In this document: piece by piece, positions 39,589-48,500 of the stretch
Layout of the letters: the number at the start of each line of letters is the position of its first letter
How positions within the stretch are numbered: the first letter of the stretch is position 1
Assembly (NCBI GenBank): GCA_040954595.2
Contig: CM082595.2
Coordinates: forward strand, 9,723,918 to 9,787,917
Origin: Balanoglossus misakiensis
Lineage: Eukaryota; Animalia; Hemichordata
Length of the DNA stretch: 64,000 nucleotides
Reading direction: 5' to 3'
Position numbers and translations under genes: made by a program
The notes under the pieces: generated by a model
What the model was told of the DNA's origin: nothing
The model's database searches: none
What the model saw: the letters and a program-made list of their open reading frames with translations, nothing else

Positions 39589-42500
39589 CTGAATGTCAAA
39601 TAGTTGAACATCATCAATGTGGGATTTGTTGTGATGTTGTTACTACTGTAGAATAACGCAGGTGGTTGTTGGACACTTTGCGGTCTGGTCGCGTGACTTT
39701 GCCTTGTTAGCCGCCATGCATGTTGAACGCAAATTATACCATGATGCCCTGCAGTTACCCTATACGCTAATAGGTCTATGCATGAACTCTTTGAATAAAT
39801 TTGCTTCCACGATACAGATGAGATTATTTTTCACGTTGCCTCATGCATGTATGGAAAGATACAGGTAAATTCCCAGTTTTCTGATGGGCAACATTTCTAC
39901 AGCTGTCTCGATTCTACTCTGGTAGTACTAAATAACTTACCGTTGGTACATGAGTAACATTATTACACCAAGCACTAACACAGCCGCTAAACCTCCCGCA
40001 ACACCACCAATGATGACAGCTGGAGGAATCTGTAAGAGTTTAAATATTTCTATTTGTCACGGGGGCGATATGCTACGATAAAAGCAAGAAAACCATTCAT
40101 TATGATGCTTAACTATTGTAAAATGGTTAGTTGACCAAAAATCTAGTTATACTGCAGATGTTGCAGTTTCACCATTTTCACAAATATTTTCAAGACAACG
40201 TAAACTGTAATCATGTAGATCAAACAAATGTGTAAACTTTAGTGAATATTGTTTTTCAATCTTGAGTTATTAAAAGACAAAGAAATGTATACACACCTTT
40301 AACTTGCATTGGTATTCTCTGGCGGCAAGTTTCACCTTGATATTCATCAGTACATTCACAAACAGGATTGCCATCACTGTCCTTGATGCAAACAGCATTG
40401 TTTGAGCAGAACCCTTCACATTTATCTAGACACAAGAATAAAATCACATCACATTATTCTACCTGACGAACCATTTGTATTAGACAAGAACTAAACCCAC
40501 TTGCAGATTCATTTCTTACAAACGGAATGGAAGTTGTGTGCTGTCGAACGTTGATTCACTATATATCCACATGTACCGGGTGAATAACATAAACAGTGTC
40601 TTGTATCAAACATAATTAATGGAAAAAGGGCAGCAAGAGAGATACTAAATCAACAGTAGTGTCTACGTTTTAGCTGTACATATTTCTGTTGACATTTCAG
40701 TTGTAGATAGTTACATACCTGTACAAGTTATTCCATCACCAGTGAAACCAGTTTTGCAAGTGCATTCATATCCTGGTACAAGATTCCTGCAAGTGGCATT
40801 TGGGTGACAGTCATCCAGACCAAGACGACATTCATGTGCATCTAGAAAACAAAAATTCTTGCAATGTCTTTAACTGACCACCAAATAAAACTATGGGATC
40901 TTCATACATATCACCAGTTAAAGGTATACGGTCACCTATGGAAAATTAGCTATAGTTACCATGGCAAAAGGAGATCTAGCCAATCACAGATTTTCAGTGG
41001 GTGGCACATGCAAAAAAGAGCGCCACCATATGTTCTTTAGAACTCTCATATACTCCATTTCAGCCATATATGGGCATTTGTAAATTGGAGGTGACTGTAT
41101 ACCTTTAAGTTAGATGACTACCCAGATGCAGTGCATGGTTATCACATTCCATAGCCTAACATGTAGAATTCTGAGAAAACAGTATTACAATATTGTTATT
41201 TCCGTGAAATTTTCAGAAAAGGTGTTAAAAGAGGAGCATTATTAAATTATATAAAAATATTGGATCACACAACATATCAAATAATACTCTAAATAAAGAA
41301 GAAAATTTCTTATAATGAAGTGTTTGTGTCAGATTGAACAGTTAAGGTTGATCTCCACAAGCACTTCATGCATGTTATCAGTTCTATGATTATGAAAAAT
41401 TTATTCCTACCATCACATTCTGTTTCATATAGGGCACCCTCTCTGCCTGTAGTGTAGCCAGTTGGGCATGGTTGACAAGCATCCTGGTTGAATTCAAAGT
41501 TATATGTTCCAACAGGGCATTTCTCACATCTATAGGACTCCTGATTCAAGTACCAACCAACATTGCAGTAAGCTGTTGATGGAATGGAAAAAGAGCATAG
41601 AATAAAATTGGAGGACTATCATTATTCTGAACAACTGAGGCACAATAATACAACCTTCAGTTCAGTACAGTTGAGATACAACATGAAAAGTTGTATACAT
41701 AATACTTACAAACATTACAATCTTCACTTAAGGTTGAACCGACTGTTCTTGTGGTGAAGCCAAATGGGCACGGCATACAAGATGGCTGAAGTTCAGCATT
41801 TGATTGATAGGTTCCCATGGGACACGACTCACAAGACCCATTGACACTAAGTTGGACTCCCACTGATTTACATACCTCTGTAATTGAGAAGATTAATTTT
41901 TTGATATTCACGATTATCTGCTTTTCACTCACGTGAATTTGTTAAACTGTTGAATATGTTACATATCTGGCGGTTCTAAAGTAAAAACCTACTCGGAAAA
42001 AAGTTTACTGGATGCCGAAATATTGCTTGCCTGTCACTTACAAATGATAACGCCATGGGTACGTCACATGGCCAGATCATGTGATTGATAGTCAAGAATA
42101 GCAAATAACACAAGTACCTACCCTGACATTGTGACTCATCAGTAGCTCCTTCAACTAATGTAAGCATTCCCTTTGGGCAAGTATTACACACAAACTTTCC
42201 TTCTTCTGATTGCCAGAATCCAATGGGGCAGCTTTGGCACTGAGAAGTCCCGTTGTCAAAGTAGTGACCAACATCGCACCTCTCTGCAATAGACATCATT
42301 GTTGAAAAATTATTTTTTCAACCAAAGAGATGAACATTCCAATTGTCATTCTTTCCATATTGGATCACACCACAATAATTTGATATATACGTCACAATTC
42401 CCGGCAAGGGGTATGGGGTTTTATCGGGCCAGTGGCATGAGTGAGGCTAGACGCTAGTTTTGGAAGCAAAGCGGACAAAATACGGCTAGATACTAGGCTA

Positions 42501-45500
42501 TGGCTGTGGACGAGGAGGAGATATTGCCTTCTGTTATACATACCAAAACACTGCAAGATGGATAATGATCTCTTTCCCCTGGTGACTCCATTATTTGGAC
42601 AGGCATTGCATGCTGTTTGTCCTTCAAGGGGTTGATAATATCCAATTGCACAAGGATGGCACTGACTCAGCTCAGTGTCATGGTACGACCCTTCAGGACA
42701 CAATACTGTGGAAATACAAAATGTTGAAGGCAGATGTATACATTGTTCATGTACTGATCATTATGCATTAATGGTTTAAAACACAACTACAATTGTAACA
42801 CACAGCATTCATTTTGGCCAGTTTTTCACTCTTGTGTCTACAAGTGGGATTGCAGCTGTGTGTGGTTGAATGTTGATTCACTATATATCCACATGTAGAA
42901 TAACATTAACTGTGTCTTCTATCAAACATAATTAATGGAAAAAGGGCAGCGAGAAAGAGACTTTGTCCCTCCTTGGTATGAGCATATCAAATCAATTATT
43001 TCCTTATATCACCTCTTGGTTGGGTTGTATTTACCACTCACACTTGTCTTTAATTTGTACACTGCGACTCACAACCACACTCGCAGCAATACGCCCCACC
43101 TAACAGGTCATATCAGGCGATATAAACATATTAACATCTACACCTTTTTATAATATTAATTTTGGACACAGTTTTAATCCTTTCACCACCATGGTTCAGT
43201 CCAAACCAATTGTTTTCTATTGTAAGGTTTGACCTCTATAGAGGAAACTGGGAGTGAAAGGGTTAAAGTACATAACAACTGAGGAGTATAGGCACTCACC
43301 ACATTCTTCTCCAACAAGAACACTACCATTGGAACAGAATATTGTACTTTCAACTTGTAATGTCTCAGCGTCGACCGAATATTCAGCTGTATCAAAAGGA
43401 CCATTCTTGACTGCATCTTCAATAACTACAGCTGCAGCATCAGCAGAGCTAATGGATAAAACAACAGGCAAAAAATTCTTACATATGCCACATTACAATA
43501 CCAACCAGAAGTGTGTACTGTAAACTGAGTTGTTTTCACGACAGGAAATTTTCGCGATATTAAAAGAGGCGACTGTTACGTGAGGACGAATTTTCGAGTT
43601 CTCGTATTTCACTAACTGCATCATTATCTCCAAAAACATTTTACACAACTTTTTATTTTAACGTTTTTTTGACCAGCACATGTTTTGCAGAAATTTACTG
43701 CTCGCGAAAATAACACGTTTTGCAGTATATTTCGAATGCATGAATCTTTAGAATACAGGATGCCGCAACATGAAGGAAGGTGGGCAGAAATGATGGGGTT
43801 GCCAAAAACTGAAAATGTTTGAGTGTTAAGACACAAAATAATTTGTTTTCACTTGCATGAATGGAATATTTTGCAATAATGCAAACACCAGCTGTATAGG
43901 GAATACAGAGCTGGTCCTCACACAGCCTGGGATCAGTACCCTAGACATGTCACCAAAGTCATTTCAATAGAACAGAAGGGGAATGAAATACTCGAAAAAT
44001 AACAATTACTACTCACGCATTGGTTGTGAAACTGAACTGAACCACAAGCTGAGTATCAGCCTGTCTCTTTCTTCGGTTTGAGGCGCCGCAGGTTATTTCA
44101 AGGTCATCAAAGTTGCATTCACCGCCACAAATACCAAACAAATCATTCAGATAGTTGATAGTGTTCATAAAACTGATCCTCAATTGCTGGATGACACCAT
44201 TGTTACATGTACCAGCCTGTGAATTGTATGACACGCCACAATTCACTCCACGTTGAGTCTTCCCAGGAGCTGCAGTAGAACAATACAAACAAACAAATTT
44301 TGTTAAAGATGCAATTTTCAATCTAGCGAACGATGTATTGACTTAGACTGCGAAACCGCTTAGCCAATCAGGAAAGTTACAGCTGCTTACCCAGAACAAA
44401 ATATTAAGAAAATAGCTCAAATGTACTGGAGCTTTATATTGGGGTAAGCAGATATGATGTTAACAAATTATCTACCTGTAATCACAACCTTGACATACTG
44501 TAAAGCAAGAATTTGCATTACTCATATTTCTCTTTTCATTTATAACTAAAAGAAAATTGTCTCAATGCTGGAATACCCCCTCTCACAACTCTCTCTCTTT
44601 GGAGAATTTTCTGAATGTGCATGTGCAACCTGATTATATTTCTTTACTGATACCAAATCATTTTTTTCTCACCTGAACATCCAGGGAAGGTGAATTCCTC
44701 GTCTGGATTCTCAGGATTAAAAGATCCTTCACTATGGCAGAGATAGTAAGGTGCTTGCAAACTTGTATCCTGGTAAACAATCCACCTGACAGAACACACC
44801 CGACTCAAACTCATTACAGATGGAAATACCTTTAACTGGTGGTGCTGGCTTTTCACAATCAAATGATGTAAAAGAAAGGAGAACACAGTTTATTTGTCTA
44901 TATATATTTTTTTAATTTTATTTCATCTATCATCCAACAGGCAAATACTACCCAAATGTCTGTGTCTCATATATCATCCAACAGGCAAATACTACCCAAA
45001 TGTCCAGGTCTAGGTAACGAACCCACAACCCTAGCAACTAGGGCACAATGCCTCTTTTACCAGGTTCACACAGGGTAAAATTTGAGACACTATTTGCCAG
45101 TGCTAACCACAGAGCATTAATCCTTTGAGTCATGTTGTGTCCACACACACAAAGTTTATGTATGGGCGCTGAGGCTCGGCCCCATAGACAATGGGTTGCG
45201 GAGAGGTGTTAATCCTTACACCGGCTCAGGTCTGGCTGGCAGAGCCGTCTAAAATCTGAGACGTTTCAGGACCACTTACACCGTCCACACATGTTTTTTT
45301 AAGACAGTATCAATTCTGAGATGCTTCAGAACTGTCTTAATGGTGTATGTGTGACACCCATATTTATTACACAGTCAAATCTTTTAAACAGAACACCAAC
45401 ACATTAACATGTTTCTATGTAAAAGGGACTAGGAAAAGCTGTTGGTTGAAGAGAGGTTTCCCGATTAGACAGGGTTTGTTTTAGACGGGTTTGAGTGTCC

Positions 45501-48500
45501 TTGTATGTTCTGAATGATGTTGTTATAATTTTTGATAGTAACATAGGGACAAAAGTGATAATGATGCAATCATATTACTGTAAAACGGCAAATTTTCCCA
45601 AACTTCGTCAAAAAAGAAGAAGAAAATAAAGTCGCATAAAATGTTTTTCAGAGATAACAGAGTAGTTAGTAAAATACTAGAATGCGGAAATTTAATTCTC
45701 GTGTCACAGTTGCCTCTTTTGATATATTGCAAAATATTTTCTGTCACGAAAATGTCCCGTTTTACAGTATGTGACAAGACATAACAAGGGGTAGAGATGA
45801 CAATTTGTCAAGATATTAATTAATTTTTAAAGTTTATGTATGAATGATAAAAAAATTCACTCACGCAGTACATAGAGTAAAAAGTTGCACTGTGCATTGT
45901 TGCCAGCTGTATCTGAAGCAACATAGCTGATCTGGTAGGTTCCCCAGGAAAAGGTGTCACCTGTAAGAACAAAATTATGCACATCATTACAGGCATGGGT
46001 GCTAAAGCCAAAATAGCTTCCGTTTCTTGAATGTTTTTCATGATTTTCTTTTCAAACTTAGAATGGTCCATTTAAGTGAGCTATCTGGTGGGTATACACA
46101 GGCATATTATCAACTCCTGATTGTGACTGTACATATAAACATGAACAAGATATGTATACTAAACAGATATGGTGCCGCACACGTTTATTCAACTGCCCAT
46201 TGTAAGAGAACACAACATTTGTGGTATGGGTATCCCCAGTAGTAGTGGAGAATATTAAGTACTTTACTGATTAAAGGCCTTGCTCAACAGTTGGTCAAAT
46301 CTTTTGTTTCCAATAAACAATTACGTGCAAACACAAATGCTTTCGAGTTTTAACTTCATTGTACTGCCCTGGGATCGAGGAAAGGGCCTATAAACATATG
46401 GTAATAGTATCAGCAATTAAGGCTTTAATACTTGGAAGCAAGATCATCTGTCGCACATAGGATGTGCTAGCCATATATGAGTAACGGCCACAAGAATAAA
46501 CTGTACCAGTATGCTTCATACTGACCATAATCTTAGGAAAGTTGTCTCAGCTTGTTGGTTTCTGTTTAGATCAACTCCCCACCCCACCCCGATAAAAAAA
46601 ACTTAGTTAGTGTGAATGTTATATATTATCTATAATCAGAAATGATATTTTATAGGAAACTTACCCATTGTGTAGGTTTGTGTCACATTGGCAATGGCGA
46701 CATCATCTGTAAATATAGGCTCCTGCCATACTCCTGTTGTCAAGCTATTAGGACTAATTATACGGGTCGTATTGGGACAGTAAATGACTTCAGGAGCGTG
46801 TTTATCTGAAGAAAAAAAAATGAAAGAATAACAAATGTTTGTAAATTAAACAACTGGTCCACATCCCCTATGCATACACTGGTACATTTAGGTAAATGCA
46901 CTACTAGATGTTAATATCTGTCACATATTCATGAGAAATCCAGATATTGTTAAGTGCTTGTTTTCTGATACATGTGAATAGACTAGATCACTGTCAAGAA
47001 ACACTACAAGATAGGACAGGAGTCATGAGATGGTATCCATAGGCATAATAACTGATATGATCAATTACACTCATGATAAGCCTAGTTCTTGGAACAGCAG
47101 AAACTGATGATGATGATGGTGATGATGATGACGATGATGATGATGATGGTGGTGGTGGTGGTGGTGGTGGTGATGATGATTATGATGATGATGATGGTGA
47201 TGGTGGTTGTGAATAGTATCATTACATTCAGTGTTAAATACATGTACGGTAGAAACAAAAAGAGTGAGCGATACAGGCATGGGCAGATGATGATTCCCTA
47301 TACTTCCTAAAGTAGGGAGATTGCAGGCTGTGTGATTGGAGTACAACACACAGCAGCTAGGGGCTGGTGAATGTACACAGGAAAAATTACTCAAAATTTC
47401 ACACAGTTTTCCCTGGACAGACACAACATTACAAGGAGAGCTGTGTTAAAGTAAGGATTTAGGATTAATCAACTCTGTGAATATGACCCAATTTCTCCTC
47501 GTCAGATTATGCATAAAATTGTTTGATAGTAATGAATAATATGAGGTTATCGCCCCATATCACCTCTTGTTGGGCCATATTTGCCGCGAGTGTGGGTTGT
47601 GAGCCGCATCACACGAGTCGAAGACGAGTGTGATGCAGCTCACAACCCACACGAGCGGCAAATATGACCCAACAAGAGGTGATATGGGGCGATAACCGAT
47701 TTATCATATGCTCAAACTTCGGAATTTACAAGAAAAATGAAAAAATAAAGCGAGAACACTTTAATTTTAATGAATTATTTTATTCCGCTTAGCGCATTGA
47801 TATTTTATTAACATTGTAAATCGGCTTCATTCATGTTGACATGACGCGCCATTTTTAAGTGTAGCGTAGCGGTGATATAAAAATATGAGGATAACTGTAA
47901 AGATGTTAAATAACGGTAGGAAACGACAACATCGGTAAGTCAAAGATGTTTTTAAATAGTAAATTGTCAAAGGAGGTCAACCGCTCTCTATCATGCAAAA
48001 CAACAAAATGTTTGAAAATTGAATCGAACACATTTTTTTAGGGGTGCAACAACAAGTGAACGTCATGAATTTAAAATCGGTTTGAAATCAGTTAAATTGC
48101 AAATAAAGCCAGAGGCTATTCATTTCAAAGTTCAAAAAGAGTCTCAAAGTCTGATCATTCCTGGGAATTTTCTGATGAGGACGGAGAGTCATAAATGACT
48201 GCACGGCGGCGGCGTTTGTACGGTGGTGGGGTCTGTGTCATAGATGATGATCCCGTCGACGTCGCGTTTGAAACATAGATATTAAACGAGCCGCCATATA
48301 TAACTGCGTCGCTAAATATACCACCCGTTGTCGCCGCTTCCATCTGACACGTGTTTGAACTGACGGAACTAGAAATTGCGCGATTTTCGACTTGTTTGGA
48401 TGAACCTGGAGCGAGGATGTTTGACATCTCTTCCTGCTGCCTGAGCGAGGCGGTGGCGTAGTTGTTGACCGACTGCAGCTGACTGTGGCCCGATAACTGT

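Noticed and set aside
47071-47424. Poly-histidine ORF
   Set aside because: Translation of an intronic (GAT/GGT)n microsatellite.
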